Source: an uncultured virus (IMG/VR IMGVR_UViG_3300037042_007110)
Taxonomy: Duplodnaviria; Heunggongvirae; Uroviricota; Caudoviricetes
Length of the DNA stretch: 64,000 bases
Virus record (IMG/VR): IMGVR_UViG_3300037042_007110
Coordinates: 1 to 64,000 of that record
Reading direction: 5' to 3' (one strand)
Shown one piece after another: positions 36,515 to 45,641 of this stretch (its first letter is position 1; each line of letters opens with the position of its first letter). The notes under the pieces were generated by a model, which was not told the DNA's origin, did no database searches, and worked only from the letters and a program-made list of their open reading frames with translations. The translations under genes and the position numbers were made by a program.

Positions 36515-37834
36515 ATGACAGACGGAACAGAGCAGTACGGGTTCACCCGTGCGTTCGAGCTGGCGGTCCTTCGCCATCTGGTTCTCGAACCGCGGGTGTG
36601 GGGACAGGTCGGAGGGAGCATCGAGCCCGACGCGCTGGGCTCGGAGGAGGCGAAGCTGCTCGCGAAGGCGGTGGCGGCGATTGCGGCGGAGACGGGCCGG
36701 GGACCTGGAAGCGGAACGCTTGTTGTCCAGCGGGTTGCGCGCTGGCGGCACGAAGGGCGGGTCACACACGAACAGGTGATGGCCGTCTCGGACCTGGTCG
36801 ATGAACTCGAGGACTGGGAGAACCCACCGCCCGTGGACGGCGTCGTCCACGAGCTCGTTCCAGTTCTCCAGGAACGGCGAAACCGAGAGGCCGTGCGCAT
36901 GGCCATGAAGCGGGTCGCCACCCGGGACGACCTGACGGACGTGATCGAGCATCTCCAGGCGACCAGTCGACTCGGAACTACTCAGGCCGTCACCGGAGTG
37001 GAGCTTGGGCCGGACGCGCTCGCCGTCGTGCGCAACCTGCGTCAGACGGACCGGCTCCGCACGGGGATTCTCGAGCTGGACACGGAGCTGGGCGGCGGGC
37101 CGCCGATCAGCTCGCTGTCCGTCGCGATGGGTGGAAGCGGCGACGGCAAGTCGATGTTGCTCTGCCACATGGCGGGGTCCGCGCTGATGGGCGGGTTCAA
37201 CGTGCTGGTCGCGACGCTGGAGCTGAACGACGGGCAGTGGCTCGCGCGGCTCATGGCGAACCTGACCGGCATCCCCATCGACACCATCATCGAAGGCTCG
37301 ATGGAGCGGGACTGTGCGCACCGGCTCGGGGACCTTCCGCTCGGCCGGTGCGAGGTCGGGCATTGGGCGCCGGAGGTGACCAGGGTCGCCGACCTCATGG
37401 AGTGGGTCGACCAGGTCGAGCAGCGGAAAGGCTGGAAGGCCGATCTCTTGGTCGTGGACTACGCCGACCTCCTCGGGCACAGCAAGATGCGCGACTACGA
37501 AGGGATGCGCGAGGTCTACAGCGGGCTCCGGGAAGAGTTCGCCGTGAAGCGCCACGGGTGGGTCTGGACGGCGTGCCAGAGCCGGCGGAAGGCGAAGGGC
37601 GGCAAGGAGAAGCAGGGCGCCGATGACGGTGCTGACTCCCAGCACAAGATCAGGGTGTCCGACCTCTGGATCGTGTTGCGAATGAGCGAAGACGGCTCCG
37701 AGATCGAGTACTACGTGGCGAAGAACCGGGGAGGGAAGCGCGGTGGCTCGGTCACGTTGCCGACCGAGTTGGAGTGCGCGCGGATCGCTCCCATCGCGGA
37801 GTTGACGTCCGATGACCTACCAGACCTCTTCTGA
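36515..37834 (+). CDS. DnaB-like replicative helicase
   Basis: Walker A GGSGDGKS, TLE, VVDYAD, WTACQ, AKNR motifs. Confidence 0.92.
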   Translation: MTDGTEQYGFTRAFELAVLRHLVLEPRVWGQVGGSIEPDALGSEEAKLLAKAVAAIAAETGRGPGSGTLVVQRVARWRHEGRVTHEQVMAVSDLVDELEDWENPPPVDGVVHELVPVLQERRNREAVRMAMKRVATRDDLTDVIEHLQATSRLGTTQAVTGVELGPDALAVVRNLRQTDRLRTGILELDTELGGGPPISSLSVAMGGSGDGKSMLLCHMAGSALMGGFNVLVATLELNDGQWLARLMANLTGIPIDTIIEGSMERDCAHRLGDLPLGRCEVGHWAPEVTRVADLMEWVDQVEQRKGWKADLLVVDYADLLGHSKMRDYEGMREVYSGLREEFAVKRHGWVWTACQSRRKAKGGKEKQGADDGADSQHKIRVSDLWIVLRMSEDGSEIEYYVAKNRGGKRGGSVTLPTELECARIAPIAELTSDDLPDLF

Positions 37835-38708
37835 ACCGGGAGCTGACCTGGAGCTTGTGCGGCGGGCCGTCCGGCTTGCGGACCACACCGGGCGCACGGG
37901 ATGGGCGCGCTGCTCGTGTCCGCTCTGCGTTCAGCGAGTCGGGACGCAGGACCGGCGTGCTTCGCTCGGCATCAACTTCGACACCGGGCGGTACCACTGC
38001 TTTCGGTGCGCCGCGTGGGGCTACCTCCGCGCCGGCGACAAGAACGCGCCTGCGCGTATCGCGGAGGAGCCGGAGGAGGGTGCGCCCGACCTCGGGCCGC
38101 CCGAAGACTGGACGCCCCTATGGGAGCCGCCAGGGGACTCTGCGTCGGTGCTCGCGGCGGCTCGGGCCTACCTCCGTCGGCGGAGGGTCAGCAGCCAGAC
38201 CATCCGGGACGTGCAGATCGGCGCGTGCCTACGGGGCTGGGCGCGCGGGCGTGTCGTCGTTCCCGTCCTCGCCGCGGACAGGCGGACGTGGGTTGGCTGG
38301 CAAGGGCGGTTCTGGGGTCAGTGCCCGCCAGCTATCCCGAAGTACCTCACGGCCGGGGGGATGGATCGTTTCAACACGGTCTTCAACGAAGCCGCTCTCC
38401 TGGTCGAGACAGACCGCCCGGTCATGGTGGTGGAAGGCACGTTCGACGCGCTCCCCTACTGGCCGGACGTCGTGGCGTTGCTGGGCAAGCCGAGCGCGGG
38501 ACAGGAAGCAAAGCTCAGGAGGGCACCGCGCCCGGTCGTGTGCTGTCTCGATGGGGACGCGTGGCTGGAGTGCGAGATGCTGGCGATGCGATTGCAGCTT
38601 GACGGAGCAGCCGCCTCGTGGGTGAAGCTCCCGCCCGGGGAGGACCCCGGTTCGGTGGACCCGGCTTGGCTGACGCAGAAGGTGAACGAAGCGGCTGGCG
38701 CGCAATGA
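37812..38708 (+). CDS. DNA primase (zinc finger + TOPRIM)
   Basis: CPLC..CFRC, PKYL, VVEGTFDAL, CLDGDA, EDP motifs. Confidence 0.92.
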   Translation: MTYQTSSEPGADLELVRRAVRLADHTGRTGWARCSCPLCVQRVGTQDRRASLGINFDTGRYHCFRCAAWGYLRAGDKNAPARIAEEPEEGAPDLGPPEDWTPLWEPPGDSASVLAAARAYLRRRRVSSQTIRDVQIGACLRGWARGRVVVPVLAADRRTWVGWQGRFWGQCPPAIPKYLTAGGMDRFNTVFNEAALLVETDRPVMVVEGTFDALPYWPDVVALLGKPSAGQEAKLRRAPRPVVCCLDGDAWLECEMLAMRLQLDGAAASWVKLPPGEDPGSVDPAWLTQKVNEAAGAQ

Positions 38709-38730
38709 CCGTACAGAGGAGGATGGACCG

Positions 38731-39522
38731 ATGGCAATGCTGAGAGTGACGGGGTTCCAGGCGACCGCGGAGATCCGCGGTACCGTGAAGAACGTCGGGT
38801 ACGATGGCGCGATCCGCCGTCTCTGGATCGATGCGCTGGACGCGGACGAGGCGGTCGTGCTCATCGCTGCTCTCGGCGGTGCGCCGGGGCACGTCGTGGG
38901 CGCGATGCCGCAGGGCGAGCAGGAGGTGGTGATGGCGGCGGCCGCTCCGGCGGCGGCGGCCCGAGCAATGGCCGTGCTGCACACGGGCGAGCCGAAGGTC
39001 GAGACGGTTGTCGTTCCGGCCGCGGTTCCAGCCTCCGCTACGCCGCCGGCCCCGGCCGAGCAACCGTCCGCCGCCGAGGTGAAGTCGGCACGGAAGCCGC
39101 CAGCAAGGAGGCGCGGGGTGGGCACCGCAGCGACGGTGCAGGACGACGTCGGAGCGATGGCTAAGAGCGAGCCCGAGCCGGCCGACGACTTCTCCCTGTC
39201 CGCCTCGCCGGTGGTCGAGCAGCCGGCGCCTCCGCCGGTGCATTCGGACCCGGACCCGGCCCCGGCCCCGGCCCCGGCCCCGGCCCCGGCCCCGGCGGTG
39301 CCTGTCGCCGCGCCGAGCACGGGAGGGGTGCCGCGCGAGCTGACCGAGGCGAAGAAGATACGGGACGTGGTTGCCTACTTCTACGACTCCGGCATCCGCG
39401 ACCCGGAGGAGATCGTCCGCCGGTGCCTGGAGGTCAAGGACGACATCCAGGTGCTGGCTCGCATCCGGAACGCCGACGAGCGTGTTCGGCGGGCCATCAC
39501 AGTCATGGGTCTGGACGCGTAG
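38731..39522 (+). CDS. Hypothetical protein with long Pro/Ala-rich linker
   Basis: GAGGAGG RBS; two small globular ends joined by a low-complexity PA-repeat linker. Confidence 0.65.
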   Translation: MAMLRVTGFQATAEIRGTVKNVGYDGAIRRLWIDALDADEAVVLIAALGGAPGHVVGAMPQGEQEVVMAAAAPAAAARAMAVLHTGEPKVETVVVPAAVPASATPPAPAEQPSAAEVKSARKPPARRRGVGTAATVQDDVGAMAKSEPEPADDFSLSASPVVEQPAPPPVHSDPDPAPAPAPAPAPAPAVPVAAPSTGGVPRELTEAKKIRDVVAYFYDSGIRDPEEIVRRCLEVKDDIQVLARIRNADERVRRAITVMGLDA

Positions 39523-39529
39523 CGGAGCC

Positions 39530-42094
39530 GTGCGCAGCCGCCCGCTATACCCGGAGGAGCCGGTCAGCCCCGTCAGCACAGGGGCCGAGCTGGACATCGA
39601 CCGTGGCTGCTCGCGGTGCAAGCTCGGCGCACTCGCGCGCCATCCCTGTCTCCCAGCGGACGGAACCCCTGGCGGGGTCGTGTTCATCGGCAAGCACCCA
39701 GGAAAGGTCGAGGACACGGCCGGCCGCGCGCATGTAGGCCAGAGCGGAAAGACGCTTCGTGAGATCGTTGGAAGACACTGGACCGGTCCAGCCGTCTACG
39801 ACAACGTCGTTCGGTGCTTCCCGGGACAGGGGAGGTCGCTGCCAGCGAACAGCATCACCGAGTGCCGCCCGTACCTCCGTCGCATACTCCGACAGGCTCG
39901 ACCGCAGCGCATCATCGCGCTTGGCGCCGAGGCTGCGCTCGGGCTGGTCGGACGGTCGGTTCCGGTGATGAGCGTCCGCAGCGGCTACGCCTGGACGCGG
40001 ATGCCAGACGGGGCTCTCGTGCCCGTGTTCTTCGTTCCGCACCCGGCGGCCGGGGAGCGGAATCCCACGCTCCAGCGGTTCATCGAGGACGACATTGCCT
40101 TCGCCCTGCGGCGGCCCGTTCCTATCCGACCGCCCTGGGCCGCGAGCTACCACCTGGTCGAGACGCCGGACGACGCAGCCGCCGCGGTCGCGGACATCCG
40201 GGACGAGGCTCCCTGGTGCGCGTACGACCTGGAGTGGTCGGGCGTACCGTTCACGCGGTTCTTCGAGGTCGTGACCGCGGCGGTGTGCTCCTCTGGCACA
40301 GACGAGCCCTACGTCTGGAGCAGGAACGCGCTCCATGACCCGGCGACGCGGCGGCCGCTGCTCGATCTGCTGGCCGACCCGGCGGTCGGGAAGGTCGGCC
40401 ACAACATCAAGAGCGACAACCAGTCGGTGTACGCGGCGTGGGGCGTTCAGGTACGCGGGACCTACGGCGATACCCGGCTCTGGCGGCGGCTCCTGTGTGC
40501 CGACGTCAACGCCAAGCTCGACGTGTGCGCCGAGCTCGTCGGGATGGGTGGGCACAAGGAGGAGAACGAGTCCTGGCTCGAGAAGGCGGTGGCGGCCATC
40601 CGTGACAGGCGCCGAGACAGGAAGTCCCGGCAAGAGGCGATGTTCGAGGGGAACGACCCCGCGTTGCTCGCCGCCGTTGCGGCCCCGGACGAAGACCCGA
40701 AGCGGTTCGCCTTCGCCCTCATTCCGCCCGAAGTTCGCGACCGCTACTGCGCTCGAGACGCCGTGGCGACGGCCCGGCTCGGAGACATGGAGGAGCGCCA
40801 GCTCGACGCCGACCCGCCGATCCGCCGGGTGTGGACGTCCATCGTGCACCGGGCGACGGACGCCGTGGAGCAGATGGAGCGGTGGGGCATCGCCGCCGAC
40901 CGAGCAGCGATGGGCCAGTTCGACGCCTACCTCGGAATGGAGATCGAGCAGGTCTCGCGGCGGCTCGCGACCTATGGGACGTTCAACCCGGCCTCCGCCG
41001 CCGACGTGTCGCGGTTGCTCTTTGACGAGCTGAAGCTGAAGCCGCTGGCCATGACCAGCTCCGGGGACCGCCCGTCCACGGACAAGGAGGTGCTGAAGCG
41101 GCTGCGCTACGACCATCCGGTGGTCGGCGACATCATCGAGTACCGCCGGCTCGAGAAGCTCCGGTCCAACTACGGACTGAAGATGGCCGCGTTCGTTCGG
41201 ATGGACGGCCGCATCCACCCCGAGCTGAAGATCGACGGTGCGGAGACGGGGCGGCTGTCGTGCGTCAACCCTCCGCTGCACCAGATACCCCGCTCCTTCA
41301 CGGCCGAGGGCAAGATGATCAAGCGGTGCTTCGTGGCACCGCCCGGGTACCTAATCCTCAACGCCGACTACTCGCAGATCGAACTGCGCACCGCCGCCTT
41401 CCTGTCTGGCGACCCGGTGATGATCGCCATGTTCCAGAGCGGGGAGGACTTCCATCTGGCGACGGCCAAGCTCATTTGCGAGGCGTACTGGGGAATCAAG
41501 GCGTCGGCCGTCGAGGACAAACACAGGACACAGGCCAAGAGCTTCAACTTCGGGCTTCTGTACGGCATGACCGACCGCGGGCTCGCGAAGCGGCTCGGCT
41601 GCTCGGTCGCGGATGCCAGCCGCCTGCGCGCCGCGATCATGGGGAAGTGGAAGCGCCTCGCCGTCTGGATGCACGAGCGCATCACGTCGACCAGGAAGAC
41701 GGGCTATGCTCGGACCTGGTGGGACGGCGCCGACGCGCGTCGGCGGCCGCTCTTCGGCATCCGGTCGACGGACAATCTCCAGCGCAGCAACGCGGAGAAC
41801 AGCGCCATCAACACCCCGGTCCAGGGGACCGCGAGCGACTTCATGCTCTCGTCCATCTGCGCCCTGGTCGAGTGGGTGCTCCGGGATGGGCTACCCGCCA
41901 AAGTTGTGCTCACCGTTCACGACAGCGTCGTGTTCGAAGTGCGGGCAGACGCCGTGGATGACCTTGCCGTGGGGGCGCTCGACATCATGCTCGCGCACAA
42001 CAGCCTGGCCGTGCCGCTGCGCGTGGACGTCGAGGTCGGGCAGACGCTCGGCGACATGGACGAGTGGCAACAGCCGGGAGCAGCGGCGCAATAA
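39530..42094 (+). CDS. Family A DNA polymerase with N-terminal uracil-DNA glycosylase (family 4-like) domain and 3'-5' exonuclease
   Basis: CSRCKL, GKHPG..ED, VRCFP, ECRPYL, HPAA (UDG); YDLE, GHNIKSD, YCARDA (exo); ETGRLS, ADYSQIELR, AKSFNFGLLYG, NTPVQGTA, VHDS (PolA). Confidence 0.95.
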   Translation: MRSRPLYPEEPVSPVSTGAELDIDRGCSRCKLGALARHPCLPADGTPGGVVFIGKHPGKVEDTAGRAHVGQSGKTLREIVGRHWTGPAVYDNVVRCFPGQGRSLPANSITECRPYLRRILRQARPQRIIALGAEAALGLVGRSVPVMSVRSGYAWTRMPDGALVPVFFVPHPAAGERNPTLQRFIEDDIAFALRRPVPIRPPWAASYHLVETPDDAAAAVADIRDEAPWCAYDLEWSGVPFTRFFEVVTAAVCSSGTDEPYVWSRNALHDPATRRPLLDLLADPAVGKVGHNIKSDNQSVYAAWGVQVRGTYGDTRLWRRLLCADVNAKLDVCAELVGMGGHKEENESWLEKAVAAIRDRRRDRKSRQEAMFEGNDPALLAAVAAPDEDPKRFAFALIPPEVRDRYCARDAVATARLGDMEERQLDADPPIRRVWTSIVHRATDAVEQMERWGIAADRAAMGQFDAYLGMEIEQVSRRLATYGTFNPASAADVSRLLFDELKLKPLAMTSSGDRPSTDKEVLKRLRYDHPVVGDIIEYRRLEKLRSNYGLKMAAFVRMDGRIHPELKIDGAETGRLSCVNPPLHQIPRSFTAEGKMIKRCFVAPPGYLILNADYSQIELRTAAFLSGDPVMIAMFQSGEDFHLATAKLICEAYWGIKASAVEDKHRTQAKSFNFGLLYGMTDRGLAKRLGCSVADASRLRAAIMGKWKRLAVWMHERITSTRKTGYARTWWDGADARRRPLFGIRSTDNLQRSNAENSAINTPVQGTASDFMLSSICALVEWVLRDGLPAKVVLTVHDSVVFEVRADAVDDLAVGALDIMLAHNSLAVPLRVDVEVGQTLGDMDEWQQPGAAAQ

Positions 42095-42111
42095 CCAGCG
42101 CGGAGGACACC

Positions 42112-42594
42112 ATGGAGAAGCAGGAACGGAACGACCTGGACACGTTCAACGAGGATTCGATTCGGATCGACCCGATGGACCTGAACCGGGCGTACTGCGA
42201 GTTGCCCGGGCAACTCGCCTACTGGAACGGACAGCTCGCCGACCTGACCCACAAGGCGATGCTGGCCAAGGCCGACCACGAAGCCGACCGCGCCCGGGCC
42301 ACGCTTGCCATTCGGGAGGCGGACCGGCTCGACAAGGGCAAGATGACGGTCGGCGAGGTCGACGCCAAGGTGTTGCTCGACACCGAGGTGCAGGACGCGC
42401 AGATGGTGTGGATCGAGGCGGAGGCGGCTCGGCTGCGGGTGCGCGGTGTCGTGGACGCGCTGCTCGCGAAGCGAGACATGATCCAGAGCCTCGGTGCGAA
42501 GCTCCGCGCTGAGATGTGGGCGGACCCCGTTCTGCGAGACCAGATGGCGGCGGCAACGGCCATGGAGTTCGGACATCGGGGCAACCACGAGTAG
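42112..42594 (+). CDS. UvsY-like recombination mediator
   Basis: All-helical; IRIDPMDL...AYW...DAKVLLD...DALLAKRDMIQSL pattern like T4 UvsY; next to SSB and RecA-like genes. Confidence 0.65.
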   Translation: MEKQERNDLDTFNEDSIRIDPMDLNRAYCELPGQLAYWNGQLADLTHKAMLAKADHEADRARATLAIREADRLDKGKMTVGEVDAKVLLDTEVQDAQMVWIEAEAARLRVRGVVDALLAKRDMIQSLGAKLRAEMWADPVLRDQMAAATAMEFGHRGNHE

Positions 42595-42658
42595 AACGCC
42601 CGGAGCAGCAAGCGAGACAAGCCAGGCAAGTACGCCAGGCAGGGACAAGGAGAAGGAC

Positions 42659-43444
42659 ATGCCAGCAAAGAAGGAAGACGGGAACATCGTGGAGTACGGG
42701 GCGTACACCCCGGAGGCGGCCGAAGAGGAGCACGACGCGCTCGGGAAGGCGAGCGGCGGCCAGTTCATGAAGCTGGAGGTCGGACGCAACGTCATCCGCA
42801 TCCTCCCGCCGCCGCCCGGGCGGAACACGCCGTTCGTGACCACCTACCAGCACTTCATCAACCTGCCCGGGCGCGAGCCGATCGTGTTCAACTGCCCGCG
42901 CATGATGGAGCGGCGGCAGTGCCCCGCCTGCATGAAGGCGGACAAGCTGCGGTCCAGCGCGAACTCGATGGACCAGGACGCGGCGCGGGACTTCTGGGCG
43001 AGCCGCCGGGTCTTCTGCGCGGTCATCGACCGCGCCGACCAGGACGCCGGACCGAAGGTGCTTGGGTTTGGCAAGACCGTCCACGAGGCGCTCGTCGCCA
43101 TCCGGCGGGACGAGGACGCGGGCGGCGACTTCACCGACCCCGCTCACGGCTTCGACATCATCGTCGAACGTGTGGGCACGGGGAAGATGGACACCCGCTA
43201 CAAAGTGATGCCGGCCCGTAAGAGCAGCCCGCTCGGCAAGCACGAGTGGATCACCGCTCAGCCCAACCTGCGTGCCCTTGCTGGGGTTCCCTCCTGGGAG
43301 GAGATCGTTGGCATGGTGAAGGGCGGAAGCGACGACGGAGAGGACAGCGACGGTGGCGGCCGCACGGCACAGGACGACGTCGCCCGCGACGTGGTCGGCG
43401 ACGCGGACGGCACACCGGCCGGCGGCCGCGAGCCGCCCTTCTAG
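42659..43444 (+). CDS. Single-stranded DNA-binding protein (T4 gp32-like)
   Basis: IRILPP, H..C...CPAC zinc site, DFTDP..GFD, TRY, acidic tail ending PPF. Confidence 0.85.
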   Translation: MPAKKEDGNIVEYGAYTPEAAEEEHDALGKASGGQFMKLEVGRNVIRILPPPPGRNTPFVTTYQHFINLPGREPIVFNCPRMMERRQCPACMKADKLRSSANSMDQDAARDFWASRRVFCAVIDRADQDAGPKVLGFGKTVHEALVAIRRDEDAGGDFTDPAHGFDIIVERVGTGKMDTRYKVMPARKSSPLGKHEWITAQPNLRALAGVPSWEEIVGMVKGGSDDGEDSDGGGRTAQDDVARDVVGDADGTPAGGREPPF

Positions 43445-43455
43445 GCGACACGCAC

Positions 43456-44427
43456 ATGGCAAAGACCATCAAGGCGCAAGCGCACGCCGCGGACGTGTGC
43501 GCCGCGATCAAGAAGGCGCTCCCCAAGCTCGCGCGGTCCGCCGCCGACGGGTCGCAGAGCGAAGTGCGGGAGGTCATCCAGACCGGCATCGAAGTGCTCG
43601 ACCTGCACGTCCTCGGGTGCGGTGGGCTTCCCATCGGGAGGATGGGAGAAGTCTTCGCTGACGAAGGCGCGGGGAAGACCAGCCTCGGCTTCACGTTCTT
43701 GGCGGCGGCGCAACGGGCCGGCGGGGTTGGCGTGTTGCTCGAGACGGAGAAGACGCTACAGGTAGAGCGAGCAGCGGTGTTCGGGGTCGTGGTCGAAGAC
43801 CTGATCCTGATGGAGCCGAAGACGATGGAGCAGACGCTCGACGCGCTCCATGCCACGCTGGACGTGATTCCAGCCGGGGCCGGACCAAACGTCTTGGTCT
43901 GGGACAGCCTCGCGGCGACGGAGTTGCGTGGACAGGACGGCGCGGTGTTCGACAAGGACAAGGGCGGGCAGGGCTTCGTTGGGAAGAAGGCCAGGTTGAT
44001 GAGCCAGGCGCTTCCGGTCCTCGGGCGCATCGCCCGCGACCGCCGGGCAGCCATCGTCATTATCAACCAAGTGCGGGAGAAGATCGGGGTCGTGTTCGGC
44101 GACCCGACGACGACGCAGGGCGGGAACGCCACCAAGCACCACATGACGTGGCGGCTTCAGCTCTGGCGCGGAGCAGCCGTGAAGGAAGGCGCCGAGGCCA
44201 TCGGCATCCAGTCCACGGTGAAGGCAGTCAAGAACAAGGTGGCCCGTCCGTTCCGCAAGGCCAAGCTCCGCTTGCTGTTCGAGGATGGCTGGGACAGTGC
44301 CTGGTCCCTGATGGACCTGGGCAAAGACCTCGGCGTCCTTCCAGACGGGGCGCACCGCAGCACAGAGAACCTCGCCGCCGTCCGCGAGTACCTGGTCGCC
44401 CTACGCACCGGTCCGACCGCTCAATAA
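43456..44427 (+). CDS. RecA/UvsX-like recombinase
   Basis: GGLPIGR, EGAGKT, WDSLAA, ARLMSQAL, INQVREKIGVVFG, VKNKVARP. Confidence 0.95.
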   Translation: MAKTIKAQAHAADVCAAIKKALPKLARSAADGSQSEVREVIQTGIEVLDLHVLGCGGLPIGRMGEVFADEGAGKTSLGFTFLAAAQRAGGVGVLLETEKTLQVERAAVFGVVVEDLILMEPKTMEQTLDALHATLDVIPAGAGPNVLVWDSLAATELRGQDGAVFDKDKGGQGFVGKKARLMSQALPVLGRIARDRRAAIVIINQVREKIGVVFGDPTTTQGGNATKHHMTWRLQLWRGAAVKEGAEAIGIQSTVKAVKNKVARPFRKAKLRLLFEDGWDSAWSLMDLGKDLGVLPDGAHRSTENLAAVREYLVALRTGPTAQ

Positions 44428-44450
44428 CCAGAGCGGAAGGGGAACACACC

Positions 44451-45641
44451 ATGGGTCGAATCGCCGTCCTCGCCGACGTCCACGTCGGCAACCCACGCCG
44501 ACTCGGCGGCCCGATGACGGCCGGGCTCAACGAGCGGTGCCGCCTGGCCATAGACACCCTGAGAGCAGCATGCGGCCAGGCCCGCGAACAGGGATGCGAC
44601 GCGCTGTACGTGGCCGGCGACCTGTTCGACAGCGTGAACCCAGGTCCGAGGGTCGTCTCCCCGGTCCAGACCGTGCTGGACGAGAGCCGGGTCCTCGGCG
44701 TGCCGGTCTACGTCATGCCCGGGAACCACGACGCCGTAAGCACAGAGCGTGGCGACCACGCGCTCGGGCCGCTCGGTCCGGTGTGCTTCGTGGTGGACCG
44801 GCCCAGTCTGTCTGTCCCAGAGCACAGGGGCAAGTCGACGGGCATCCAGGTCGTGATGGTGCCGCACCGCTCCGGGCCGGCCTCCGGCTGGCTACCGGGG
44901 GCGATTGCCGGGGTGCGGAACGAGCATCCGGAGTGGGTAACCGATGGGGTCCCGTCAACAGCCTCCCTCGCCCCGTTCCGGGTGCTCGTTCTGCATCTCG
45001 GCATCACACATCAGGGGACGCCGGGGCACCTGCGCTCCGACCCGAGCGCCGTGGACGTCGCGCTGCTCGACGCGCTGTGCGTCGAACACGGCTTCCGGGC
45101 GGTGCTCGCCGGCCACTGGCACGAGGCCTACGACGCGGCGCTGCCGTGCGGGGCGACGGTCGTGCAGATCGGGGCTCTCGTTCCGACGGGCTGGTCGGAC
45201 CAGGGCACCGTGAACCGAGGGCGAATGCTGCTCGTCAGCAGCGGCCGGCCGCACATCTCGGCGGTCGAGGTGCCTGGGCCGCGGTTTGTGCGCGTGTCCG
45301 GACCGGACGGTCTGCCCGACGCACTGGAACAGCGAGAACACGCAGCCGCCGGCTCGCGATTGTTCGTGGAGTGGCACGCCGCACCCGGTGAGACGGACTT
45401 CGCAAGGCAGGAGCTGCGGTCGGCCGAGGCGCGAGGAGACGTTGCCCGGGGAACCGTGGTCGTGAGCGTCGAGGAGGCGGCCGGGCGTGCCCACCGAGCG
45501 GCCGTGGCGGCGAGGAGCGCGGCGACGCTGACCGAGGCGCTCGCCGCCTACGTTGCGGAGATGGACTTGCCAGCGGGAGTCGACCGCAAGCGGGTGCTGT
45601 CCGAGGCTCGGCGCTACGTCGGGGCCGGAGGTAGCGAATGA
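44451..45641 (+). CDS. Mre11/SbcD-like metallophosphoesterase nuclease
   Basis: ADVH, AGDLFD, GNHD, GHWH motifs; upstream of Rad50-like gene. Confidence 0.92.
   Translation: MGRIAVLADVHVGNPRRLGGPMTAGLNERCRLAIDTLRAACGQAREQGCDALYVAGDLFDSVNPGPRVVSPVQTVLDESRVLGVPVYVMPGNHDAVSTERGDHALGPLGPVCFVVDRPSLSVPEHRGKSTGIQVVMVPHRSGPASGWLPGAIAGVRNEHPEWVTDGVPSTASLAPFRVLVLHLGITHQGTPGHLRSDPSAVDVALLDALCVEHGFRAVLAGHWHEAYDAALPCGATVVQIGALVPTGWSDQGTVNRGRMLLVSSGRPHISAVEVPGPRFVRVSGPDGLPDALEQREHAAAGSRLFVEWHAAPGETDFARQELRSAEARGDVARGTVVVSVEEAAGRAHRAAVAARSAATLTEALAAYVAEMDLPAGVDRKRVLSEARRYVGAGGSE

Noticed and set aside
39250..39297. CCGGCC hexamer run
   Set aside because: Encodes an ordinary Pro-Ala linker in 38731..39522
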